Positions 37,538 to 47,346 of a stretch of DNA of 64,000 bases are shown here, piece by piece (position 1 is the stretch's first letter; every line of letters starts with the position of its first letter). Origin of the DNA: Candidatus Aenigmatarchaeota archaeon (GTDB taxonomy: Archaea; Aenigmatarchaeota; Aenigmatarchaeia; CG10238-14; SCSR01); assembly GCA_016181005.1 (NCBI GenBank), contig JACPAE010000004.1:78646-142645 (forward strand), read 5' to 3'. Both the position numbers and the translations under genes were made by a program. The notes under the pieces are model-generated. The model was given only the letters and a program-made list of their open reading frames with translations, did not search any database and was not told the origin of the DNA.

Positions 37538-38617
37538 ATGAAGACGTACAATAAAATCTTTAACAAACTATGCTCCTTAGAGAATCTTAAACTGGCATTC
37601 AAAAAAGCCAAGAAAGGCAAAAGCAAGAAATGGTACGTAAAGGAATTTGAATGCAATTTGGATAATGAATTGACGAAATTAAAAATGGAACTGGATAATC
37701 AAACCTACAGACCACAGACATTAAAGAGATTCATAGTAAGAGATCCGAAAACAAGGGTCGTTCACGCATCAGCTTTCAGAGACAGAGTAGTTCATCATGC
37801 TATATGCAACATAATAGAACCTGTATTCGAGAAGATTTTCATTAATGACAGCTATGCCAACAGGAAGAAAAAAGGAACTCTTTCGGGATTAAATAGATTC
37901 GACAAATTCAAACATAAAGTTACTAGAAATCGTGAGTTATTAAGGAGTGCTAAAGACGGCAATATGACTGTAGGTTATGCCCTAAAAGCAGATATAAGGC
38001 ATTATTTTGATACTGTTGATTTGGAAATCCTAATGGAAATCATCCAAAAGAAGATAATCGACAGCAAAGTCCTGCGGTTAATAAAAGCAATTCTGGACAA
38101 CCATGATTTCAAAACTAAAGGAAAGGGAATGCCTCTTGGAAATTTAACGAGCCAGTTTTTCGCTAATGTCTATCTTAATGAGTTGGATTATTACGTGAAG
38201 CACAAACTCAAGGTAAAATATTATATTCGATATGTGGATGATTTTGTTATTCTGCACAGGTCTAAAGAAAAACTAGCGCTGTACAGGTGGATGATAGACA
38301 ACTTTCTAAAGCAGAGACTTAAGCTCGAATTGCATCCTGAGAAATCGAAAATCGTCCCCTTACATTATGGCGTAAAGTTACTAGGTTTTCGTGTGTTCTA
38401 CTACTATAAGCTACCACGGAAAAGCAATCTAAGGATTTTTGAAAAGAAATTAAGTATCTATACATTGACACCCAGAGAGAGAGAGAGCATATTGAAAAAC
38501 TGAATAAAATACTTGAAGGGGTGGTTTGGTTACGCTGCACAAGGAAATACTTACAAATTGAGAAAGAGAATTGTTAAAAGAACCAATAATATGATTCGAA
38601 ATCAAATAAAATTATGA
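37538..38617 (+). CDS. DGR reverse transcriptase; ORF stops at 38503 but the C-terminal coding sequence continues to 38617
   Basis: PKTR, FRDRVVHHA, KADIRHYFDT, GMPLGNLTSQFFANVYLN, YIRYVDDF, LGF motifs; downstream GWFGYAAQGNTYKLR. Confidence 0.92.
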
Positions 38618-39459
38618 AGTTAGCTGTTGTTGCTTTAGGCGGTAATTCTTTGATTCACCCCAAAGAACGAGGAACTGCCGAAAAACAGATCAAACGTGTT
38701 AATAAGACAATTAGCCATCTTAAACCTCTTGCAAGAAAATTTACCCTAGTTTTAACACACGGCTCGGGACCTCAAGTGGGCAATCTATTGTTTCAGCAAA
38801 AGCTTTCTAAGAAAACTTTGCCAGAAATGCCTTTAGACACCTTAGATTCTATGGTGCAGGGCCAGCTCGGTTATTGGATACAGCAAGCTGTTGAAAATGT
38901 TCTGCATAAGAATGCCGTCACTATCATTACACGTGTGCTAGTTGACAAAAGCGACAATGCATTCAAACATCCTACCAAGCCAATAGGTCAGAAGAGCTGG
39001 AAAAAAATGGTAGCATCCCCCATACCAATTCAAATAATTGATGTGGAAAAAATCAAAGCTCTAGTAAAAAATAATTTTGTTGTTATCGCTTGTGGCGGCG
39101 GCGGCATCCCGGTAATTAAAAAGGTTGGAAAGTTCAGCGGTGTAGAAGCCGTGGTGGACAAAGATCATGCCACACAAAAACTTGCATCGCAATTGAAAGC
39201 CGATACAATAATCTTCCTTACTGATGTGCAATATGTTTTTTACAATTATGGGAAATCAAGCCAAAAGCCTCTTAGGAAGTTGTCAATTGAAAATGCTATA
39301 AAATATCTCAAGGATAACCAGTTCGAGGAAGGGTCTATGAAGCCTAAAATTGAGGCAAGTGTGGAATTCCTGAAGAAAGGCGGAAAGAAAGTCTTGATTA
39401 CTTCTCCTGAGAAATTAAATTTAGCACTAAAGGGAAAGGCAGGAACAGTGGTTGAATGA
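38614..39459 (+). CDS. arcC: Carbamate kinase
   Basis: VVALGGN, THG.GPQVG, CGGGGIPV, AVVDKD, GSMKPK. Confidence 0.93.
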   Translation: MKLAVVALGGNSLIHPKERGTAEKQIKRVNKTISHLKPLARKFTLVLTHGSGPQVGNLLFQQKLSKKTLPEMPLDTLDSMVQGQLGYWIQQAVENVLHKNAVTIITRVLVDKSDNAFKHPTKPIGQKSWKKMVASPIPIQIIDVEKIKALVKNNFVVIACGGGGIPVIKKVGKFSGVEAVVDKDHATQKLASQLKADTIIFLTDVQYVFYNYGKSSQKPLRKLSIENAIKYLKDNQFEEGSMKPKIEASVEFLKKGGKKVLITSPEKLNLALKGKAGTVVE

Positions 39460-40325
39460 AGAAGGATTTGTTGTCGATCAATGATCTGTCTAAAGCCGAT
39501 GTAGAAAAGATTTTTAAATTGGCTGATAAATTGAGAAATAAAAGGACGAATTATCTGAAAGGGAAAAATGTCGCATTAATATTCCAAAAACCATCCACTC
39601 GGACAAAAGTTTCTTTTGAAGTTGCTATTAATCACTTGGGTGGCAATGCAATAAGTTTGAATTGGAACGAACTTCAACTTGGCAGAGGAGAAACAATCGA
39701 AGACACTGCTAAAGTTTTAGAAAGGTATGTCGACGCCATAGTCATAAGGGACTTTTACCATGACCATATAGTTAATATGGCCAAGATTGCAAAGATACCT
39801 GTAATTAACGCCTTATCCCATCTGGAGCATCCTTGCCAGGCTTTAGCTGACTTGTACACTATAAGACAAAAGAAGAAAAGCTTGAAAGGCAAAAAAATAG
39901 TTCTTCTAGGGGACGGCTCAAACAATACTTTTCATTCATTGGTTTTATCATCCGAAAAATTCGGCATGGAGGTAGTTGTATCATGTTCAAAGAATTACAA
40001 ACCTAAAGTTAAAGCAAATTATAAAATCGTAGAAAATCCGAAGGAAGCAGTTAAAGGCGCTGATGTTCTTTATGTGGACAGTTTTGTTAGCATGGGAGAG
40101 GAGGCTGAACAAGAGAAAAGATTAAGGGAATTGAGGAATTACCAATTAAACTCAGATTTGGTCAAGTTAGCAAAAAAGGATGTTATTGTGCTTCATCCGT
40201 TACCAGCCCATCGTGGACAGGAAATATCTTCTAAAGTCATTGATGGTAAGAGTTCTGTTGTGTTTGACCAATCTGAGAATAGATTACATACGGAAAAAGC
40301 CATTTTGCAATTGCTAGTAAGATGA
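39456..40325 (+). CDS. arcB: Ornithine carbamoyltransferase
   Basis: STRT, HPCQALAD, SMG, HPLP, ENRLH. Confidence 0.9.
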   Translation: MKKDLLSINDLSKADVEKIFKLADKLRNKRTNYLKGKNVALIFQKPSTRTKVSFEVAINHLGGNAISLNWNELQLGRGETIEDTAKVLERYVDAIVIRDFYHDHIVNMAKIAKIPVINALSHLEHPCQALADLYTIRQKKKSLKGKKIVLLGDGSNNTFHSLVLSSEKFGMEVVVSCSKNYKPKVKANYKIVENPKEAVKGADVLYVDSFVSMGEEAEQEKRLRELRNYQLNSDLVKLAKKDVIVLHPLPAHRGQEISSKVIDGKSSVVFDQSENRLHTEKAILQLLVR

Positions 40326-40354
40326 ATTTAATAAAGTAAAAGAATTATTTATTA

Positions 40355-41830
40355 ATGGCTGTTGCAACCTACAAAATGTATATAGATGGCAAATGGGGTT
40401 CAAGCAATTCTGGTGAGACCTATACACGTGTCAACCCGGCCAACTACAACCAAGTTCTTGGCAGATTCCAGCAAGGCAATAAAGAGGACGTTAACAAAGC
40501 TGTAGATGCTGCTGAAGATGCTTTTGAAAAATGGAGGAATGTACCACCGCCAAAAAGAGGAGAGATTCTTTTGCGAGTTGCACAATTGCTTAAAGAGCAT
40601 AAAGAAGAGTTGGCACGAACAATGACTCGGGAGATGGGAAAAGTTCTTATGGAAACTCGCGGGGATGTTCAAGAGGCAATAGATACATGCGAGTTGATGG
40701 CTGGAGAAGGTAGGAGATTGTTCGGAAGAACTACAACAAGCGAATTGCGAGACAAATTTGCAATGACTGTTCGTTTGCCTTTAGGTGTTGTCGCATGCAT
40801 AACACCGTGGAACTTTCCTATTGCTATACCTGCATGGAAAATTACAGCGGCACTGATTTGTGGAAATACAGTAGTCTTCAAACCTTCCAGTGACACTCCG
40901 ATTTGCGCAACTAAATTCATTGAAATTCTAGAGAAAGCCGGTGTGCCAAAAGGTGTAGTTAATATGGTAACTGGTCCTGGTGGAACTGTAGGCACTCACT
41001 TGGTCAAGCATAAGAAAGTCAGAGCAGTGTCGTTCACCGGCCACAAGGATACAGGTGCACAAATCTTGAAAGATGCCGGAATAGGGAAGAAAATTGGCTT
41101 GGAGATGGGAAGCAAGAATCCAATAATTATTATGGACGACGCTGACTTGGAGCTGGCGTTGGACGGAGTTGTTTGGGGTGCGTTCGGCACATGCGGGCAA
41201 AGATGCACCGCAGCCAGCCGTGTTATTGTCCACAAGAAAGTTAAGGAAAAGTTTCAGAGAATGTTAATAGAACGTGCAAAAAAGCTGAGAATGGGAGACG
41301 GTTTGCATCCGAAAACAGATGTTGGGCCGCTGGTAAACAAGGCAGCGCAAGAGAAAGTTGCAAAATACATTGAGCTAGGAAAGAATGAAGGCGCCAAATT
41401 ATCTTATGGAGGTAAAGTTCCAAAATTGAAGGGGTGGTTTGTAGAGCCGACAATATTCACAGGCGCATCACCAGACATGAAAATTTTCCAGGACGAGATA
41501 TTCGGTCCTGTTACAAGCTTGACAGAAGCCAGAAATTTGGACCATGCAATCGAGCTTGCCAATGCTGTAGAATACGGGCTCAGTTCGTCCATTTACACTA
41601 GCAATATACAGAATGCAATGAAGGCGATAAAATATCTTGAATATGGACTCACCTACGTCAATTCATCGACGATAGGTTCAGAGGTTCATTTACCATTCGG
41701 AGGGACGAAAGCTTCAGGCTCAGGGCATAAAGAAGTTGGTTGGACTGGCATAGAGTTCTTTACTGATGAAAAGACTGTGTACATCGACTATTCCGGCAAA
41801 TTGCAAAGGGCGCAAATCGATATAGAATAA
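40355..41830 (+). CDS. Aldehyde dehydrogenase
   Basis: PWNFP, FTG, LEMG.KNP, GQRCTA, EIFGP, PFGG. Confidence 0.92.
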   Translation: MAVATYKMYIDGKWGSSNSGETYTRVNPANYNQVLGRFQQGNKEDVNKAVDAAEDAFEKWRNVPPPKRGEILLRVAQLLKEHKEELARTMTREMGKVLMETRGDVQEAIDTCELMAGEGRRLFGRTTTSELRDKFAMTVRLPLGVVACITPWNFPIAIPAWKITAALICGNTVVFKPSSDTPICATKFIEILEKAGVPKGVVNMVTGPGGTVGTHLVKHKKVRAVSFTGHKDTGAQILKDAGIGKKIGLEMGSKNPIIIMDDADLELALDGVVWGAFGTCGQRCTAASRVIVHKKVKEKFQRMLIERAKKLRMGDGLHPKTDVGPLVNKAAQEKVAKYIELGKNEGAKLSYGGKVPKLKGWFVEPTIFTGASPDMKIFQDEIFGPVTSLTEARNLDHAIELANAVEYGLSSSIYTSNIQNAMKAIKYLEYGLTYVNSSTIGSEVHLPFGGTKASGSGHKEVGWTGIEFFTDEKTVYIDYSGKLQRAQIDIE

Positions 41831-41893
41831 CTAGCAGCAGTCTTTCCCGCATGCGCACATCTGTTCCTTGCTTTCCTTTTTCCTCGATTTCAT
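41831..41893 (-). CDS. Putative 20-aa Cys-rich peptide MKSRKKESKEQMCACGKDCC
   Basis: Manually translated; upstream TTTAAGTA TATA-like box. Confidence 0.35.
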   Translation of the reverse strand: MKSRKKESKEQMCACGKDCC

Positions 41894-42044
41894 AACATCA
41901 ATTCAGGGTCTATACTTAAATCTTTAACAGCATCTCTTATTATTCGAGTGCCATGGAACCTGTTGAAGCATTGAGGTATGAATAACAAGTCCGATAACAA
42001 CACAGATTAATTTTTATCGTCACCTAATGTTACATAGCGGTATA

Positions 42045-43038
42045 ATGTACAATCTCGGAGCAATAGGCTTGGGTCATTGGGTAAAGAGATTGCATCATGT
42101 GCTTGAAAAAGGAAACAAGATGAAGCTTCTCAAGGCTGTTGCACTCAAAACTTACGAAGAAAGGAAGGACGAATTGGAATCTTACGGGATAGCAAAAGAC
42201 AGATATTTTAATGTGAACTCAGACGGTAAAATTCCAACCGGGTTTTTCAGAGATATCGACGTCGTGCAGATAGCAAGCCACAATAAGTTCCATTTCAACC
42301 AACTGCTCCAGTGCCTCTCAAATAGAAAACTCACTATAGTAGAAAAGACTTTAGCTGTTAATAGAGACGAGTTCAACCAAGTCATGGAGAATAACAAATT
42401 TTGACACAGTTTTTCTTGAGAAAGCCGATGAGGAAGACACTAGAAGAGGATGGGTTTTTTCGCCTGAACACGGCGGCATATTCATGGACTTGATACATCC
42501 GGTAGAGATTCTAGTCCAGATATTGAAAGCGGATTTGGACGAACTGACTGACGCCAGGACATATATAGTGAAACCTGAATACGACAGCAAGAATCCGAGC
42601 GCAGTGCAAGTCATCTATAAAGTTAGTGGTAGTAAATTTGCAAAGGACGCAGTCGCAACAATAAAGCTCGGCAAAGGCTTTGATATGGCTTCAGACAAGA
42701 AAATCATGCGACTGTATTTTGAAGACGGCACGTTTATCGAGTTCGAATATCTAAACACAGAAGAAGAGCTTGCGACAGGCAAAAGAGGAAGTTGGAAGCT
42801 GTTCAAGAGCGAAGAAGGCGGTGCCAAATTGTTGGAAAGCAAGGAGGTGCAAGGCCTTTTGTCCTACGAGACTCTGATAAACGAGGTTGTAAAAATTCTT
42901 CAAGGCGGAGAGATGCCTCTGACGTTGGACGAGATAAAACGCATGTACGAGTCCGAGTGGCAGTTCCAGGAAATCTCAAAAGATTTGAAGCCGATTACAG
43001 ACAAGGAAGAGATTAAAAAACTCACTGAGGGTATTTAA
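42045..43038 (+). pseudogene. Gfo/Idh/MocA-like oxidoreductase, frameshifted near 42390-42404
   Basis: N-part GAIGLGHW...H...EKTLA stops at 42404; C-part ITNFDTVFLE...GGIFMDLIHP continues in another frame. Confidence 0.65.
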
Positions 43039-43063
43039 ATTCTTAATCGACTCTTAATAAAAT

Positions 43064-43774
43064 ATGCCAACTATAGTTGTAGCCACCTCTATCGAGGAAG
43101 CTTTACACGAATTAGCAAACTATCTAGTCCCTATAGAGCAATCCAAATTTTCCCAATTAGGGTGTTACGGAGAGCCGTTAAGATCCAACAGGCAAGTTGA
43201 ACTTAAAGGCAGGGGATCTCTTGTAGGAGACGATGGTACAATTAGACTTAACCTGCCGGAACAGATACTATTTTTCAACTTACTAGACTCAAAATACGGT
43301 CCTCTAGAGCACGGCAATCTGGAACGGCAATTAAGAGCAGCCTATTCTCCAGAAGGGCAATCCTACAAAGACAATGTTCTGGCTCTTTTCTGGGTGTATA
43401 CAGGCGAGGTTGGAATAAAATTAGAAAATGGTCATGTGTTTGGAAGAGCTGTTAAAGTTGAGCCTATACCAACAGGTATATCAACAGGTACTGTTGTTTT
43501 TGAAGACGAATCACAAGCTCAGCCCAGCCCAGGGGACTACAAATTTACTCTAAACAGATCGGGAGTTTATGTGCCTACTGACATAGGTCGATTTGATCAA
43601 ATAGGAGAAGCAGAAGGCAATGGTTATTGGCATGGTGTTTATCCAGACAGCCAAGGCAGGTCTGTTGTCAGGTGCGGCTGGGACTCTGGCGATGGGGGGT
43701 TTGGCGCGGATGCGTACGGGCTGTTGGTCAGGGCCGTCGCTACCACTCTGGGTACGTGGAGAAAGGCAGCTTAA
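43064..43774 (+). CDS. Putative orphan DGR target protein 2
   Basis: Size similar to target 1; 3' ~90 nt is A-poor and G-rich with NNC/NNT codons (SVVRCGWDSGDGGFGADAY). Confidence 0.6.
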   Translation: MPTIVVATSIEEALHELANYLVPIEQSKFSQLGCYGEPLRSNRQVELKGRGSLVGDDGTIRLNLPEQILFFNLLDSKYGPLEHGNLERQLRAAYSPEGQSYKDNVLALFWVYTGEVGIKLENGHVFGRAVKVEPIPTGISTGTVVFEDESQAQPSPGDYKFTLNRSGVYVPTDIGRFDQIGEAEGNGYWHGVYPDSQGRSVVRCGWDSGDGGFGADAYGLLVRAVATTLGTWRKAA

Positions 43775-43828
43775 TCACTCTTTTGTTTATTTGAAATATC
43801 TTTTTGACAATGTACGAGATTGATTATT

Positions 43829-44776
43829 ATGAAAGTTGGACTTGTAGGCTTGGGAAGAATGGGAACAGACATAGCCAAACGGCTTGTTAATGGCGGTCAT
43901 GAAGTTTTTGTCTGGGGAAGAAGTGATAAAGTTTTCAAGAATGCCGAAGAAGTAGGAGCTAGGGGAACAACAGACATGCAAGAATTCTTTAACCAGTTGC
44001 CCTCACCCAGAATTATATGGTTGATGGTTACTTCTGACGCGGTCGATGAAGTGTTGCAAAAGACAATGCCATATTTGAGCAAAGGCGATATAGTTGTTGA
44101 CGGCGGCAACTCTTTTTTCAAAGACTCCATAAGGCGTGCAAGCGAATTGAAAGACAAGGGAATTAATTTTCTTGATGTGGGCACGAGCGGCGGAATCGAG
44201 GGCGAGGAAATCGGCTATTGCATCATGGTCGGCGGCGAAAAAGAAATATTCCATAAAATCGAGCCGATACTGCAGAAGATTGCTACCAAAGACGGCTATG
44301 GCTATGTCGGCAAGTCCGGCGCCGGCCATTTCGCCAAGATGGTGCACAACGGAATCGAATACGGCATGATGGAATCGATAGGCGAAGGGGCGGCTATGCT
44401 GAAAAATTCCCAGTTTGATTTTGACCTCCGCGAAGTTTTCAGAATATACAGCGCGAAATCAATCATCGACTCGAGGCTTGTGAGCTGGACTTTGAATGAA
44501 TTAAGGGAAAATCCGGATCTTTCCGGCATCTCCTCGATAATAGGCTCTGGAGGAAGCGGAGAAAAAATTGTTGGCGAAGGCCACTGGACTGTTCAGACAG
44601 CTAAAGAGATGGGCATAGACGTGCCGGCCATAGAGGCTGCAGTCAGGGTAAGGGATTCGTCCGACAAGGATTCTGAAAGCTCGCCGTCCGGCTTTAGAAA
44701 CAAGGTAGTTGCTGCTATGCGCTGGCAATTCGGCCAGCATCCTGTTAAAAAGGATAAGCCGAAGGAAAACGAATGA
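43829..44776 (+). CDS. gnd: 6-phosphogluconate dehydrogenase (short, decarboxylating)
   Basis: GLGRMG, DGGNS, DVGTSGG, KMVHNGIEYG, QFGQH. Confidence 0.92.
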   Translation: MKVGLVGLGRMGTDIAKRLVNGGHEVFVWGRSDKVFKNAEEVGARGTTDMQEFFNQLPSPRIIWLMVTSDAVDEVLQKTMPYLSKGDIVVDGGNSFFKDSIRRASELKDKGINFLDVGTSGGIEGEEIGYCIMVGGEKEIFHKIEPILQKIATKDGYGYVGKSGAGHFAKMVHNGIEYGMMESIGEGAAMLKNSQFDFDLREVFRIYSAKSIIDSRLVSWTLNELRENPDLSGISSIIGSGGSGEKIVGEGHWTVQTAKEMGIDVPAIEAAVRVRDSSDKDSESSPSGFRNKVVAAMRWQFGQHPVKKDKPKENE

Positions 44777-44783
44777 ATAAAGC

Positions 44784-46022
44784 ATGGTAGCGCTTGACCC
44801 AATCGTGCCTGTGATAGCAATCTTTACGCTAGTTGTTCTTGTGCTCGGCGTGATACTGCGGTATCTCGGCCAGCCTTATGTCATAGCATACATAGTCGCA
44901 GGCCTGCTGCTTGGAGCCAACGGCCTTGGGTTGAGCAATGATTTCATACTTTCCCAGCTAGGCACAGTAGGAATAATTCTCCTCCTCTTTTTTATCGGGA
45001 TGGAAGTGTCGTTGCCCCGGCTGGTCTCGAACTGGAGGGTGGCGATAGTCGGCACGACCCTGCAAATAATACTCAGCGTCATACTCATTGTGATTCTTGG
45101 CACGCTACTTAGCTGGCCTTTGGAGCGCAGCATTCTCTTCGGCTTTGTAATCAGCCTAAGCAGCACCGCAGTGGTGCTCAAGATACTGGAGGACAGGAAT
45201 GAGCTGAACACAAAAGTCGGCCAGAACATGCTCGGAGTCCTTCTGGTTCAGGATCTGGCCGTTATTCCCATGCTGATAATTCTCAGCATGTTCGGTGGCA
45301 AGTCCCTTTCGGGCGGCGAACTTGCACTGCCATTGATAGGAACTATCCTGATAATAGGCACTGTTTCTTGGATAGTCAAGCGCGGAGGGATATCTCTTCC
45401 GTTCGGCGAGGCAATAAGACAGGATCATGAGACGCAAGTGTTTGTCGCGCTTGTCATAGCATTCGGCTTTGCGTTGGTGACCGCGTTGTTCGGCCTTTCT
45501 TCAGCATTCGGCGCTTTCGTCGCAGGAATTCTTGTAGCAGCCACGCGGGAGACCCACTGGATACACATGAACCTTAATCCTTTCAGAATAGTCTTCGTCG
45601 CGCTTTTCTTCGTCTACATCGGCATGCTGATAAGCATAGATTTCCTGCTTGAGAACCTGCTCATGATAGGCGTCTTAACCGTCGCAGTATTTGTGGTTAA
45701 CACGGTGGCAAATGCCGTGATATTTAGGTTCTTGGGAGACGGCTGGAAGGAGAGCTTCTATTCCGGCGCACTGCTTTCGCAGATAGGTGAGTTCAGTTTC
45801 GTTCTTGTTTCCGTAGGCTTGCACCAAGGACTTGTCGCCGAGTTCGGCTACAACATCACAATCTCAATTATAGCTCTGACACTGCTCCTTAGCCCGTTCT
45901 GGATTTACTTCATGAAGAGGGTAACCCAGGCAGACTTTAAGAAGTATACGATACCTGTAATAACTCTGCCGGATTTTCCCGGTAGGGGGAAGTCCAAGTA
46001 CAGCTACAAGCCGAAGAAATGA
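44784..46022 (+). CDS. CPA2 cation:proton antiporter
   Basis: LLLFFIGME, SSTAVV, QDL, QIGEFSFV. Confidence 0.9.
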   Translation: MVALDPIVPVIAIFTLVVLVLGVILRYLGQPYVIAYIVAGLLLGANGLGLSNDFILSQLGTVGIILLLFFIGMEVSLPRLVSNWRVAIVGTTLQIILSVILIVILGTLLSWPLERSILFGFVISLSSTAVVLKILEDRNELNTKVGQNMLGVLLVQDLAVIPMLIILSMFGGKSLSGGELALPLIGTILIIGTVSWIVKRGGISLPFGEAIRQDHETQVFVALVIAFGFALVTALFGLSSAFGAFVAGILVAATRETHWIHMNLNPFRIVFVALFFVYIGMLISIDFLLENLLMIGVLTVAVFVVNTVANAVIFRFLGDGWKESFYSGALLSQIGEFSFVLVSVGLHQGLVAEFGYNITISIIALTLLLSPFWIYFMKRVTQADFKKYTIPVITLPDFPGRGKSKYSYKPKK

Positions 46023-46061
46023 GCATAGAGCAATTGCTATTTCACCTTTAGTAAAAACTTC

Positions 46062-46313
46062 TCATTCGTAAATGCTCTCTCTTTGCCCGATTTTGTAAAC
46101 AATTATATCCTTACCTTCCAAATAAAACAGTATCCTAAGCTTCCCCACTCTTAATCTATAATGGTTCTGATAACCTTTCAATTTCCTAATGTCTAAAGCA
46201 TAGGAAAAGCCCCCTTCCAAAATCTTCAATTTACCGGTTATGCTTTCTTTCAACTTTTTGGGTAATTTCTCCAATTCCTTAGAAACCTTTTTCTCAAGAA
46301 GTATATTAAACAT
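46062..46313 (-). CDS. RelE/ParE family toxin
   Basis: KLKG...YRLRVGKLRILF...RESIY. Confidence 0.88.
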   Translation of the reverse strand: MFNILLEKKVSKELEKLPKKLKESITGKLKILEGGFSYALDIRKLKGYQNHYRLRVGKLRILFYLEGKDIIVYKIGQRESIYE

Positions 46314-46520
46314 TTACTTCAGCTTGCTTAAAGGAACCAGTTTTAGTTTTCCTTCCCTTCTTTTGTTTTCAAAGCCTCTTATTGCAACAATATCTTCTCT
46401 GGTAGGCGCTTCAACACCAACGACCCTGCTTTCAACCAGCATAGACACCTTTCTCAATTCATTTCTTATTTCTTTCAGCTCATCCATCAAGTATCTTGGT
46501 TTCAATTTTTCATGTCTCAT
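46314..46520 (-). CDS. Putative antitoxin
   Basis: 68 aa directly upstream of the toxin; similar layout to 15297-15503. Confidence 0.7.
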   Translation of the reverse strand: MRHEKLKPRYLMDELKEIRNELRKVSMLVESRVVGVEAPTREDIVAIRGFENKRREGKLKLVPLSKLK

Positions 46521-46687
46521 GTTAACTAATTGTTTCTCTTGTTTTATAAATATTCGCCCGACGATTTTCCATCGCTTCACGCACTGGCTTTCTATAAGCT
46601 ATACTTACATGAATTAATAATATTTAAATCCTTTCCTGTCACTATTAAATTAGATTATAATGACCACGGCCAGACAGCTTAGTTTCA

Positions 46688-47299
46688 GTGCCGGAAGAGC
46701 AAGAATTGTATACTGTAAAGGTCCGAACGGGTATGAACGCAGGAGTATGGCGAGTTGGCAGACAACTTGTCAGAACACCAAATGGCATCTTTATACCATA
46801 TAATGAAGGATTGACTGTAGTACAAGCTTATGACGCAGTACAAAATGATCCGGCCTTGCTTGAAGCATGTCTTGAACTTGTTCCAGTAACAGTTTTGTTA
46901 TACGGCATACAGCATGATGGAGATTTTTATAAAATGCTGAGAGGAACTTACCAGTTGACTGGAAGCGGCGTTGTTGACTCCCGCCTTTTGGGAACGCCAA
47001 ATGTGACCAGAGGCGATCTGCAATACCATGGATTAAGAAATGACCGCCCTATTGCCAGAATCGAACCCCAAAATGGACGTGTAGAAAAACTCGATAAAAC
47101 TGCTTTATGGGGCGTTGGAAAAGGCTCTAAGGTAGAATCTGAAAATCCAACACATCCAACATACATGTATAATGCTGATGGTAATAGATTTGTTGGCTTG
47201 GGCTTCGGGTACGGCGACGCCGTCGGCGTGAACGCGGACTGGAATCCGTTGAGTCGGGCCTTCGATTGGGGCGCCCGGTTGGCAAAGAAGGCAGAATAA
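46688..47299 (+). CDS. Putative DGR target protein 3 (relic cassette)
   Basis: C-terminal 35 aa align without gaps to the target 1 VR (10 identities); NNC-rich; followed by a copy of the DGR leader. Confidence 0.8.
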   Translation: MPEEQELYTVKVRTGMNAGVWRVGRQLVRTPNGIFIPYNEGLTVVQAYDAVQNDPALLEACLELVPVTVLLYGIQHDGDFYKMLRGTYQLTGSGVVDSRLLGTPNVTRGDLQYHGLRNDRPIARIEPQNGRVEKLDKTALWGVGKGSKVESENPTHPTYMYNADGNRFVGLGFGYGDAVGVNADWNPLSRAFDWGARLAKKAE

Positions 47300-47346
47300 A
47301 AACTTATCCTTGAAAATCAAATTTTTTATTTGTCCTGGCGAAAGCA

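Larger units (their letters stand above)
36448..38617 (+). mobile_element. Diversity-generating retroelement (target-VR / structured leader-TR / RT)
   Basis: VR/TR pair differing only at TR adenines, adjacent to a DGR-type RT. Confidence 0.95.

Noticed and set aside
37538..38503. RT as a group II intron maturase, retron or CRISPR-associated RT
   Set aside because: The adenine-specific TR/VR pair and the GNLTSQ / YVDD motifs indicate a DGR; no intron domain V, effector or cas genes were seen
38490..38514. BHB-like fold (TATT/AATA) that might splice out the premature RT stop
   Set aside because: The predicted excision is 13 nt and leads straight to another stop; there is no inner helix
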